Shown here: one piece after another, positions 1-10,659 of the stretch
How positions within the stretch are numbered: position 1 is the first letter of the stretch
Layout of the letters: the number at the start of each line of letters is the position of its first letter
NCBI GenBank assembly: GCA_964036045.1
Contig: OZ038378.1
Span: 86,800,001-86,864,000 of the forward strand
Length of the DNA: 64,000 bases
Reading direction: 5' to 3'
From: Eutreptiella sp. 'Long Island Sound 2002'
Taxonomy: Eukaryota > Protista > Euglenida
Translations under genes and position numbers: made by a program
The notes under the pieces: generated by a model
Told to the model about the DNA's origin: nothing
What the model saw: the letters and a program-made list of their open reading frames with translations, nothing else
Databases searched by the model: none

Positions 1-1
1 C

Positions 2-1081
2 ATATATAACCATCCCAAACTCATTGTAATAGAGAAAACCATCCCTGCCCTCCTTCTCTCAGCCCCGGACATACGGGCACAACTTCGGCAGAAAATTACC
101 CTGTTTGAGGGACGCGGCAACCAAGCAGCCCTAAACACACAGGATGGGTTGCGCATCCTTCGGGGCCTTGAATCCCTCCTGAATTATTACCTCCCGGCCA
201 TCTTTGTAGTAGGACACTTAGTGCGCAATTGCACTTGGGCTGGGCGCGCCGACGGGACTGGTATAGTGGCCACGTGTGTACTTCAGCGCTGCGTGGGTCT
301 GCTTGTTGACCTAGCCGGTCCAGCTGCAGCAAAAATGGACTATGTCCGTACCATATGTTGTGCACTTCTGTACAATACACAATGGCACGACGACACGCCT
401 GGTGCTGCCCATGTGGAGGAATGTTGTGAGGCCCTGCTTGCAAAATTGCGGGCACGGTGGGAGCAACACCCCGACAAGCACACGGCGTATGAGGCTGGTG
501 ACCTATTCCGCACCATGCCCCCCCGTCAGGAGGCACGTGCAACGGAGTCCCTCTCCGAAAGTGTGTGTGTTGAGGTGCGCGACAAGGTATGGGCACTCAT
601 GCGTGGTGCACGACGGGAGGAGCATCCAACTGTGCGATGGTCCTCGGGTCCAGTTAGTGTGGTTGAGGCAAAGAGAGACACAACGTACGTGTTCCCCGAA
701 AAGGGAACCGGGGGTACCCTAACAGTTGTGTTCATGAAATCTATTCTAAAGCGCTTTCTGTGCACCCTAGTAGGTGGACAAGGGCTCCGCGATGATGCCA
801 TGGCTTACATACGTCAACATATCCCACTTAGGCCACCTGTGAACCGCCGCGAAGCCCGGGCAGCTGTAGCAACAGTTGGGTTCATACCAATTGCAATGGA
901 GCACATTATTCCCCCAGTGCCAAATGCAATGTTCATTGATCATGTGCGTGCCCCCCCTGAGGATTGCGTACCTGTGATCCGAGCGAGGGATGCTGTAGAT
1001 GTTGATGCCCTGTCTGATGGCCCTGTACCTGTTGTGCTCAGTGAGGAGTTGCGTGAATTTGATCTGATAGATTCGGACTAA
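2..1081 (+). CDS. C-terminal half of a putative DDE-type DNA transposase (Academ/DUF6589-like); 5'-partial
   Basis: The frame of the 149-1081 ORF stays open back to position 2 (HPKLIVIEKTIPALLL...). It aligns by eye with the 62639-64000 protein: GLESLLNYYLPAIFVVGHLVRNCTW vs GLVTLLYGYIPALFIIAS*VRDCHW; KMDYVRTI...HVEECCEALL vs KVEYVRTI...HSEEPCEALL. The family call is inferred from the motifs of the second copy. Confidence 0.5.
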   Translation: MYNHPKLIVIEKTIPALLLSAPDIRAQLRQKITLFEGRGNQAALNTQDGLRILRGLESLLNYYLPAIFVVGHLVRNCTWAGRADGTGIVATCVLQRCVGLLVDLAGPAAAKMDYVRTICCALLYNTQWHDDTPGAAHVEECCEALLAKLRARWEQHPDKHTAYEAGDLFRTMPPRQEARATESLSESVCVEVRDKVWALMRGARREEHPTVRWSSGPVSVVEAKRDTTYVFPEKGTGGTLTVVFMKSILKRFLCTLVGGQGLRDDAMAYIRQHIPLRPPVNRREARAAVATVGFIPIAMEHIIPPVPNAMFIDHVRAPPEDCVPVIRARDAVDVDALSDGPVPVVLSEELREFDLIDSD

Positions 1082-1560
1082 TCACGGGGGGGTGGCAATG
1101 CAGACCCCCCCATCCCCAAGACAGGCCAATCTGCTGTGTACAGGCCCCTTATTGCTGTACCCAAGAGTCTGGGCTCTGCAGAGCCCAGCTTTCTCCGCCA
1201 CTGAGTTTTTAGGGGTTGTAATACTAGTTTTTGACACTCTAGGCTCTGCAAAGCCCAGCCGGTCCCCACTGTCTGATATGTACCCGTATCTGGTCATTTT
1301 CAGTCGCTTTCATGTTGCTTTCATAAACTCAGACTGATCATCGAGGGGGGTGGCAATGCAACCCCCCCCCAGATAGGCAAATTTGATGTTTACACCCCTG
1401 CTATCACTGTACCCCAAGTCTCTGGGCTCTGCAGAGCCCAGCTTTGCCTGACACTGAGTTTCAAGGGGTCGTATTACTGGTTGTTGTTACTCTGGGCTCT
1501 GCAGAGCCGAGCCTGTCACCACTGCCTGATATGTACTCCCATCTGGTCATTTGCTGTTCC
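1081..1560. repeat. Two diverged tandem ~253-bp units, each carrying a palindrome pair
   Basis: GGGGGGGTGGCAATGCA-CCCCCC occurs near 1086 and 1344; palindrome cores at 1171/1241 and 1424/1494 give a period of 253. Confidence 0.9.
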
Positions 1561-2071
1561 TTTCTTAGGGCTGGGCCAGTCCTGGACCATGCCATCTTGG
1601 TGCTTTGATCTGTGCACACATCTCCATTCTTTCGTATTGTAGTGTGCATCCGCTGCGTCAGCATGTGTGACCCTCGAAGAGGTGTGCCTGGCACTGCTGT
1701 ACTCACTGTTACGATTGTTGGAGTTAAATTGCCACAAGTAGGTTTGGCTGTGGTGTTGCAGGCCATTTGCACATGCCCAATTTCCAGCTGGTTCATACCT
1801 GTGTCAACAAGGGACGTTTTAGTGGGCCGGTTTGATGCTGTGACCATCAATGTGCCCTGGACATTGTACTTGAGATGCCTCTGCAGTGATTTGCTGTTTT
1901 GAAGACAGTTTTGGCTATTTCAACCCATGTGGGTCCCAATTTGAATGCTTTGATCCGACTAATTTGCTGTCCAAATCTGCCATTTGCCACCATTGATGCT
2001 TTGAACTGTGTGATTGTTGTGCTGTTTTTGGTGACTTGATTTGTCCAGTAAAGTCCGTGTGTTTTTGGACC

Positions 2072-3277
2072 ATGTGTGACATACCAAACGAAGTTGCCAT
2101 GGATGGCAACACCGCTGAGATACCAGCGATGGACACACTGGAAGCGAGAAAGTGGACGCACTGCAGTCAGAGCCCTCCATAGAGGATGCTGTACAGGGCA
2201 GCACTGTTGCTGGGGCCAGCCAGGCCAGTCGATCTCCCTCGCAAGTGGTGGACAAGGGTCGTGTCGCAAGGAAGATGGGCAGTATCAAGGACTCCTCAAC
2301 CGTACTGGCCATTCAAAACTACCTGGAGGTGCGGAGAGCGAAGGTGCCGCGCAAGGAACTGAAGATTGACAGGTGCATGGAGTATGGCCAATCCACGATC
2401 ATTGATTGGGACCACGTGGCGGAGATGAAGGAGGACCTACTGGCAAAGCCCCCCGATGGCCGATTGCACCTTCTGGTTTGGGACGACAAAGGTATGGGAT
2501 TGTTGCGACGCAACTCGATCAACGTAATTGGCTACGTGACCTGCCCTGTGTGACCTGCCATGCTGTTGTATTCAGTGGGAGCCCTGTGGGTGATTGGAGG
2601 CCAACACGGCGTTGCGGCGTGTGATGAAATTTGCAAGGATGTGACAGCAAGGATGGGCGAGGTCGAGGATTGGATGACTACCTTTGACGTGCGCATCATC
2701 AAGTTTGATATATCCGTCGAGATCAGGCGAAAGTTGGCCGGACAACACAATAGGGCGCAGCACAGTGGGCGTGAGAGCAGTGTACCCCAACTGTTGAACA
2801 ATTTCCTACAACTCGCGGCTGAGGACACGCAATGCAAGAAGACAGTTGTCACCTTGATGTGTGAGGCAATCGTGGAGGCGGGGCTGACTGCGAAATCCGG
2901 CAACACGGAGACAATTGTCAAGCAAATGAGGCTAGCTGCCCATATGGCCCTGACCTGTGGTGCCACTTTCACGGACGCACTCGGCAAGATGGTGGAACGC
3001 AAGCAGGTGATTGCCCTTTACACAATGCGATGCTTTGCTGGAATGCAACCCGACAATTTGTGGCGCGTATGCAACTACATGGCCTCGCCGAAGAGTACAG
3101 TACCGGGCTTCCAGAAGCTGGCAAAGGAGCTCCGCGCTGGGGAATTGTGGTGGTATCACTTTGGTCATCCCGACATGCCAGTTGAGCGCATCCACCCGTC
3201 ACGACGTATGCTGTTGCTTTGTAAGCCCCTGCCTTTTGTTGTGATCGGGCCGCTGCGACAGGGAGCCTGGATGAAGT
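2072..3277 (+). pseudogene. ParB/Sulfiredoxin-like N-terminal domain protein, spliced, with a probable frameshift near 2151
   Basis: ORFs 2152-2553 and 2560-3354 share a frame and join in phase across a GT-AG intron, giving YGQSTIIDWDHVAEMKEDLL...LHLLVWDDK-VGALWVIGGQHGVAAC. This resembles the ParB/Srx pattern Q-x-x-x-x-D-x-x-H-V-x-x-(L/M)...(Y/W)-x-I-(D/G)-G-Q-H. An ATG at 2072 is in another frame, implying a frameshift. Confidence 0.5.
2492..2575 (+). other. Predicted 84-nt GT-AG intron
   Basis: AAAG|GTATGG donor and TGTTGTATTCAG|TG acceptor; removal deletes the TGA at 2551-2553 and keeps the frame. Confidence 0.7.
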
Positions 3278-3311
3278 GTAATGACCGATTTCAATGTGAC
3301 AGTTTGGGTCT

Positions 3312-4400
3312 GCTAGGCTCTGCAGAGCCCAGGATCCGCTGGGTTGCTAGTTGACTGCATGCAAGCTTGCAAAGAGACGCTGGATCTGTTGGATTGTCCG
3401 AACTTCCGCAACTCTACTCATGATCACCGGTGCACTCTTGCCTAATGATGTCCAAGCCCCCCCCCCCCCCCCGGGAGACCCCTAATTCACCATTTTGGTC
3501 ATGCTAGGCTCTGCAGAGCCCAGATGGAGGGAGTTGACCAATTTCAGATGCCATATTACCATCTGGAGAGTTCTGGGCTCTGCAGAGCCCACGATCCCCT
3601 GGGATGCCAATTGACTGCATGTAAAGAGACGCTTGATCTGTTGGATTGTCCGAACTCCCGCAACTTCAGTCCTGATGACCGGTGCACTGTTGCCTAATGA
3701 TACCCAAGCCCCCCCCCCCCCCCCGACACCCCCTAATTCACCATTTTGGTCATGCTGGGCTCTGCAGAGCCCAGATGGAGGGAGTTGACCAAATTTCAGA
3801 CGCCATATTAACATTTAGAGAGTTCTGGGCTCTGCAGAGCCCAGGATCCCCTGGGATGCCAATTGACTGCATGTACAGAGGCGCTGGATCTGTTGGATTG
3901 TCCGAACTTCCGCAACTTCAATCCCGATTACCGTTGCACTGTTGCCTAATGATGTCCAAGCCCCCCCCCCCCCCCGGGACACCCCCTAATTCACCATTTT
4001 CGTCATGCTAGGTCCTGCAGAGCCGAGATGGAGGGAGTTGACCAAATTTCAGACGCCATATTGCCATCTGGAGAGTTCTGGGCTCTGCAGAGCCCAGGAT
4101 CCCCTGGGATGCCAATTGACTGCATGTACAGAGACGCTGGATCTGTTGGATTGTCCGAACTTCCGCAACTTCAATCCCGATTACCGTTGCACTGTTGCCT
4201 AATGATGTCCAAGCCCCCCCCCCCCCCCCGGGACACCCCCTAATTCACCATTTTCGTCATGCTAGGTCCTGCAGAGCCCAGATGGAGGGAGTTGACCAAA
4301 TTTCAGACGCCATATTACCATTTAGAGAGTTCTGGGCTCTGCAGAGCCCAGGATCCCCTGGGATGCCAATTGACTGCATGTACAAAGACGCTGGACTTGT
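3312..4400. repeat. Tandem array of ~4.3 copies of a ~251-255-bp unit containing a poly-C tract and two palindromes
   Basis: TTGACTGCATG...GGATTGTCCGAAC...CCAAG(C)n...CTAATTCACCATTTT...palindrome-ATGGAGGGAGTTGACC...palindrome recurs; second-palindrome cores at 3315, 3575, 3827, 4080 and 4334. Confidence 0.97.
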
Positions 4401-4903
4401 TGAAGCTTCCTTGACGCTGGACCTGTTGACCGCTGCGCCCTGGCCTATTGATGTCCCACGAACTCCCTCCCCCCCCCCCCCCCCGGGCCAGCCCTTAAAT
4501 TGCCAATTTAGTCATGCTGGGCTCTGCAGAGCCCAGATGAACCACAGTGATCAATTTCAGCCTTCATGGTACCAGTTTGACATTGCTGGGCTCTGCAGAG
4601 CCCAGGAACCAACAAAATGCAAATTTACGCTTTGCCGGATCGCTGTGACTTGGTGGATTGCCCTCCTGCCCTCCTCTATGGCTCCTGTACACACAGGCAC
4701 AAAGACTGAAGTGGCTTGCATCTCAAAGAAGTTTAGTCACCGTCTGGCGAATTTTGGTGCATGGCAAGGGAGCTGGGAGTACAGCGAGAGCACGCCCTGG
4801 CCACCGCTCCAGGCGCTGTTGAAGGCAGGTCTGTGGGTCAGCGATTGAGAAGAAGTCGAAGCCCATCGCAGACAGCTTGTGAGACCAGTGTTGAACCCAG
4901 CGG

Positions 4904-6037
4904 TTGAGGTGTCTGGTGGCAAAGGTCAATGTTGGCAAGGGGTCAGAATCTGGAGAAATTTGGGCGTACGATGGATCGGTGACCGCGGTCCCAAATGAGA
5001 TCAAAATGCTGAAGTACAATCTCGTCATTGTTGAAGTCCCGCGGCGTGGAGGGTGGATCCCTGGTGCGCAGATTGTGCGTGTGCTGTCTCAAGGGGTACT
5101 TGGCGCCTTTCATGGACACCATGGGGATTTGGTCGCCGTGGAACAACACTTGCGGTCGCAATTGGAAGATTTGTACCCAATGGCTTTGCGCATGGCTGTG
5201 TACCACCTGGGGCGCCGAGAAGAGCCATATTTGTTTGAGCAGTCAACCTTGTTGCTGGTGAAGACCCATGGGCTGGGCCCTGCAGTGCCGCACTTCCTCA
5301 CACAAAAGTCGTTCACTGAAGGTCTGTGGCTCGGTCTGGCTATTTTGTGGTGGTTGGTGAATTTGTTGGAGGACCCCAACGAAGACTCGGACGACACACA
5401 CATGGATGGTGATGCATCGCGCTGCCTGTGGGCACTGTACTATGGCCGCCGCCCCGACCTGCTCAGTCTGGGCTGTATTCACTTGCCTGTCCCGTTGAAT
5501 TGCGCATGGGGTGTACTATCCGATGGTCCCTACAATGCAGCTGATGTGGTGAACCTGCTGAAGACGAGCGTCCGGAAAGGGGACACGGAGGAGGATGTTG
5601 AGTGGCGGAGTGTCACACAGTGGGCAAGCACCGGGCAGCCGCTGTTCCGGCAGGAGTCCCCTGACCAGGCAGCAGACGCGGACACGAGTGAGTCAGAAGT
5701 CGAGGAGGTGCCGGATCCGCAAACTCCCAAGCCGAAGGGGAGAAACACCGAAAAGCAGCGGCAAAAAGAGCATGGGAAGGCGGAGCGCGAGTGGCGGAAG
5801 CAAGAGGAGGCACGGGAGAAGCAACGTAAGAAGGAGGAGAAGGAGAAGGAGAAAAAGGCAAGAGAGGACGAACGAGCAAATCGCAAGAGGAAAGAAGAGG
5901 AGGATAAGTTGGCAACGGCAGCCGCTGGGGCGTCCCCGTTGCAGAAAAAAAGGGCAGTTGAGGGCCTGCAGGCCACCCTGCAACATGGTGTCCGGGTTGG
6001 CTTGTCCAAGAGCAACGGCAAGAGCAACGGCAAGTGA
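4904..6037 (+). CDS. Hypothetical 377-aa protein with K/E/R-rich coiled C-terminus; possibly the 3' part of the ParB-like gene
   Basis: Long ORF with natural-looking composition and the charged tract KQRQKEHGKAEREWRKQEEAREKQRKKEEKEKEKK. No family recognised. Confidence 0.45.
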   Translation: MRCLVAKVNVGKGSESGEIWAYDGSVTAVPNEIKMLKYNLVIVEVPRRGGWIPGAQIVRVLSQGVLGAFHGHHGDLVAVEQHLRSQLEDLYPMALRMAVYHLGRREEPYLFEQSTLLLVKTHGLGPAVPHFLTQKSFTEGLWLGLAILWWLVNLLEDPNEDSDDTHMDGDASRCLWALYYGRRPDLLSLGCIHLPVPLNCAWGVLSDGPYNAADVVNLLKTSVRKGDTEEDVEWRSVTQWASTGQPLFRQESPDQAADADTSESEVEEVPDPQTPKPKGRNTEKQRQKEHGKAEREWRKQEEAREKQRKKEEKEKEKKAREDERANRKRKEEEDKLATAAAGASPLQKKRAVEGLQATLQHGVRVGLSKSNGKSNGK

Positions 6038-8099
6038 CTGGAGGCCCCACATACCGCTGGATCATGACTGTCGCTGGACCATACCGGACATACAACCACA
6101 GACGCATCCGTGTTACTGTGCTAGTTTTGTGAGCGCCTGATGTGACTGGGCCTGTCCTGTGCAGTCCCAAGTGGTTGTGGGACAGTGAATGATGTGCCTG
6201 TTTGACGCTGTACGTGTTTGTGGCTGATTTTGACGCTCATTTTTTTGATTTGCACTAAGCTGGGCTATGCAGAGCCCAGCTTGCCATATTTGCTTGATTT
6301 GCCCCCGAATATGAACAATTTTATACCGCTGGGCTCTGCAGAGCCCAGCATGTTGTTTCAGGCCAATTTGCATGCCTCCTGGTGGTACGCAGTGCTGCTT
6401 TCATCTCAACAGTGTCCCTGTGTCCCTGTGTGAATTTGGTTGTATCAGCACAACATTGTGCTATGGCATTTCTTTTGGTACGTCCCTCGTTGACACAGTG
6501 TGCCAACTGTCAAGTTTTCTCACAATTGTGGTCCATATACGGTGCCAGGTTTGTGTGTATGAGCCCCAGATGATTGAATTCTTGCTATTTTTTACCAGTC
6601 CATGCCCTGCAAAGTCCAGATGCCTTTTGTAACCCCGATTTGGTCCTGACATGTTCTGTTGCCCGTGCCTGGGCCCTGCAGAGCTCAGCTGAACGTGTCT
6701 GTCATTTCGAGTTTACGAGGTATGCCCTGAGTACAATTTCAAGTCAGTAGTTTGGGCACATGTTTGCTTTTTATCGCTGAGCCCTGTTTTATTCCTCGCT
6801 GTCATGTATGCTCAATTGCATTGATCTGTTGGGCCTGTGTCTTTTCATTTCTCCAGCGGTTGACAGTGCGTATGCTGGACAGTGGCCTGACACTGTCTAC
6901 TGTGCGATGCTTAATTTTTTGATGCGATTTGTGGCAGGTTTTTGTTGGTGTCAACCATTAATCGATAGTTCAACATTTGCTCGGAACTTAGAAGGGGGAA
7001 CCGTCTTTGTGTGGCCAGGTGTTAGTAGGTGCTTGTGAACCACATCTGGGGACACATCAGTCTGTAGTCAATACAGCATCCAATTTTGTTGTTCTGGCGG
7101 ACCTCCTACAGCGCACATAACGGTTTTTACAACTTCTGTGCCTTGTTTTGTGTGTGTTCGTGCCTTAGACTCGTCAACTAGTGTGTACAGCTTCCATGCC
7201 TTGTGTATGACTGGTGCTCTAGTGGTCTATCGCTTATTGGGCTGAGATTTTTTTCGGTGGGGGGGGGGCGGGGGGGGGGGTATAGTCCGATGCCTATTGT
7301 AGCCATTACTACACTGGTGGTCTGGCTTGTTTATCAATAGCGTAATTCATGGGTGCTTTGTGATGTTTGTATTGAGCTGGGCTCTGCAGAGCCCAGCCAG
7401 TAGGAATTCCCTATTTAACGCCCTGTTACTACCTGTTTGCCTGTACACTGTTGTGTTGGTGTACCACCCTGTACTATTACCCCTGTTTTTAGTGAATTTC
7501 ATTTTTCTGGGCTCTGCAGAGCCTAGCCTTTCAGAAATGCTGCCTTGCACCCTCCTTTTGTACAGGTGCTGTTCTCTGTTGTGATAGGTGGCACCTTCTT
7601 CACAGGCGGTGCATGTACGGTCATGATTGCCGTTACAATACCACGGGTGCTAGAAGAACCGCAGCACATGCCGTTGCCACCTACGTGCTCCATTTGTGAC
7701 TTCAGACTGTGAAACATAGTTTTATGGTGCGACTGGTCCATTTTCGGTATTTCAGACCTCCAAAACTGGAAAAAACAGTCGCCGCGCTTGTATGCTGTGG
7801 GGGCCCAAAATGGTGCCTTTTGGCTGCTTCGCACCCCTAAATTGCGTGTTGTTCCTCCTCCCCATAAACCCAGGCTGGGAACCACCCCTCCGTTACGCTT
7901 GGCTATGCAGCAGAGAGGCTAGGCTCTGTGCAGGACATGAATTTTTTTTTGAAAAAACGATAGGGGGCACTATGGGCCTCCTAAGTACAAGACCCAATAA
8001 TTTGCTTCTCTTGGGACAACTGGAAAAATGGGTGATTTGTGGGAAACCTCATTTTTACACCACATTTCCAAACATGTCAAACACGTTGAGTTTTTATCG

Positions 8100-9243
8100 C
8101 CATTTTAACACCCCTTTTTCGCAATTTTGCCGGAACAAACTGTGGGTTTCTGGGACGCTCTCAGGAAGAGATGCATGCAACAAGACATTGGTGGCCACAC
8201 CGAGATTTCCTACGAGAGGTATGCATCTTCACTCACCATAGGACTGTTTTGGCAAATATTTTTGCCAGCTCCAACTCTTTCAAATTGCGACTCGTTTGAT
8301 GTACCGCCTCTTCAATTTTTTGTGCTTTTCACATGAAGTAGTGTGTCATTTCCTTATACACGGCACGTCATTGTCTACATTTGCGCCGAGGTCACAAACC
8401 AATTCCATCATATCATTGCACGTAGTATGGATCAACAAGGAAGGCATCTTACAGTAGATGAAGATGAACAGGCCATGAAGTCAATGTGGCCGTTGTAACA
8501 CAACATATGTGTCTGCAGCAACAAAAAATGCCTCCATACATCTCCAAATGCGATGGTAAGAACATCCTTGGGTTCCGCACATGGTGCATGAGTACCCGGC
8601 AAGCATTGGAAATTGGATGATCTCACCTCGCACGGACAAACCAGACACTCGGATTCTTTGTTGGAGTTGACAAGTCGGGTACTCTTTAGTGGGGCTCACC
8701 ATGATGACATCAGTGGGCCATCTTTTGATCACATCAAGTGTTCAGTTCACCAAACGATTCTCAATAGCAATGTTGCGAATGAAACGGACCCCCATGCTAG
8801 CCGCCAGACACACTTACTTGTTGGGGTATAACACAACGGTTATTTGAATGGATGGAATTGCACAATCCTTAACTGCTCGGTGCCCCACCCCTATCAAAGT
8901 AGCTAGCATCAAAGGTCACAATGCTGGACTCCAATTGAGCCACGAAATGTTCATTCCAACGGTGCACAGAATTCCTACGTCCAAGCAACATGGGGGCATC
9001 CTGTAGTTTTTGAAGTGAGACATCGGAGTTTGGAGCTATGTGTTCCCAGAAAATATTGTGGTCCTCCTCTATTTCTTCATCAATCCGAACACCACTGAAC
9101 ACGTCAATGAATTGAGCATTGTCTTGGTACATGAGTTGAAAATGGACCATTTTGGGAACAAGTTTCACGTCAAAAATGGGTGGAAAGTGTGTTGTTCCGA
9201 AAATGATCCCGGGCCACGTGGGTTGCTCACACAAGTGTTTCAC
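8100..9243 (-). pseudogene. Highly degenerate transposase-like sequence with a D-x-x-H-type motif
   Basis: Minus-strand fragments PKDVLTIAFGDVWRHFLLLQTHMLCYNGHIDF followed, after a frameshift, by DAFLVDP, which recalls MULE/KDZ-type transposases. Many stops. Confidence 0.25.
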
Positions 9244-9328
9244 CCCATTTTGAAGCTATGGCCAACACATGTTACCCGTTGAAGAGTCTAAAGAAACTTT
9301 GGTAAAGAAACAATCCAGTTGGGTATAT

Positions 9329-9330
9329 AG

Positions 9331-9400
<70 letters not shown>
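9329..9400. repeat. (GA)n microsatellite
   Basis: Near-pure AG run. Confidence 0.98.
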
Positions 9401-9403
<3 letters not shown>

Positions 9404-9619
9404 CCGGACAAGTGCTTGAGAGCGGGGTTTCCATTGGAGGATGTACAAATGAGTACACGCCGTCCCCTAGTATCTAGCGAACAAGCAAGAATAGGCATGT
9501 TGGAGAAAAAAGACCCCCTCCCGGCTACAATTTGGTGTACATGTTGATAGGTAGCCTTACCAAATCCAAAATTTAAGCCTAAAGCATAACGGGCTCATGC
9601 CGTCTTCACCCATTTTGGC

Positions 9620-10430
9620 TTGGGTTGATGGAGTCCCACACTTTTGTGTCCCCCTCCAGTTGAGGTGGTGGACTCCCACGCTTCGGTGCGCCCCTGCGAG
9701 ATGGATTGATGGACTTGCACACTTTTATGTGGCCCCTCGAGTTGGCTCCATGGACTTCTAGGGTTCCACGCGACCCCTCTAGAGGGAGTGATGGACTTCC
9801 ACACTTGGGTGCGGCTACTTGAGTTATGGGGACTCGCGCGCTTCGGGTTGGCTCTGCACGGTGGGGTAATGGACTCCCACACTTCGGTGCGGCCCTCAAG
9901 GTGGGGTCATGGGCTCTCGCACTTGTGTGTGGCCCCTCGAATTGGGGTGATGCACTCCAACGCTTCGGTGTGGCCGCGATAGTTGGGGCGATGGACACAG
10001 ACACTTCGGGGTGGCTCCTCGAGGTGGGGTGATGGACTGCCAATGTTTGTTTGGTGTTGCCCCTCGAGTTGGAGTGATGCAAACCCACATTTCACTGTGA
10101 CCCCTTGAGTTGGGGTGATGGAGTGCCAAGCTTTGATGTGCCCCTTGAGTTAGCGTTATGGACTCCCATGCTCGGTGTCGCCCCGCGAGGTGGATTGATC
10201 GACTGCCACATTCCGGTGCTGCCCCTCAAGTTGGAGTTACGGAGTCCCATGCATCGGTTTCGCCCCTTGGATTGAGGTGATGGACTCTCACGCTTCAGTG
10301 TTGCACCTTGAGTGCGGGTTATGGGCCCAAGCGTCGGTGTGGCACTCAAGTGGAGCCCATGGACTCATGCTTTGGATTGGCCCCTTGAGTTGGGGTGATG
10401 AACTCCCACACTTCGGTGTGGCCCGTGGAG
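9620..10430. repeat. Diverged ~40-bp minisatellite, about 20 units
   Basis: Approximate consensus GATGGACTCCCACACTTCGGTGTGGCCCCTCGAGTTGGGGT, recurring about every 40 bp. Confidence 0.9.
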
Positions 10431-10659
10431 AGGGGGTTATGGTTAGGGGACCTTTGGTCACTTGGTTCCGGCAAGTAGCAAGCTTGAGTTCAAATGTTGG
10501 GCTAAAATGGGTCCACTTTCTCCAAAAACATCCTAGACCCTTAGATGCCAAAACAAGTGCCTTGAATCCAGTTGAAGCCTATTCGCGCTTGTCATGGCCT
10601 GCCAAACGTAATAGTCTTGGAGATGTTTTGGGGTGTTTTGCCACTCCGCTGCGTAGGTT

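Larger units (their letters stand above)
1169..7526. repeat. Dispersed array of the 16-20-bp palindrome CTGGGCTCTGCAGAGCCCAG (allele A), about 20 copies
   Basis: Cores at 1171, 1241, 1424, 1494, 3315, 3506, 3575, 3757, 3827, 4010, 4080, 4264, 4334, 4519, 4588, 6262, 6331, 6671, 7379 and 7509, plus a degenerate one at 6602. The consensus 20-mer is its own reverse complement. Confidence 0.97.

Noticed and set aside
4990-5060. DNA adenine methyltransferase motif (KYNLVIVEVP resembling DLILADPPW) fused to ParB
   Set aside because: The catalytic D/N-P-P-Y/W is absent; the resemblance is too weak without a profile search.
1169-7526. CRISPR array (palindromic repeats separated by spacers)
   Set aside because: Spacers alternate between ~50 and ~165 bp, are duplicated within tandem units rather than unique, no cas-like ORF is present, and the context is eukaryotic with introns.
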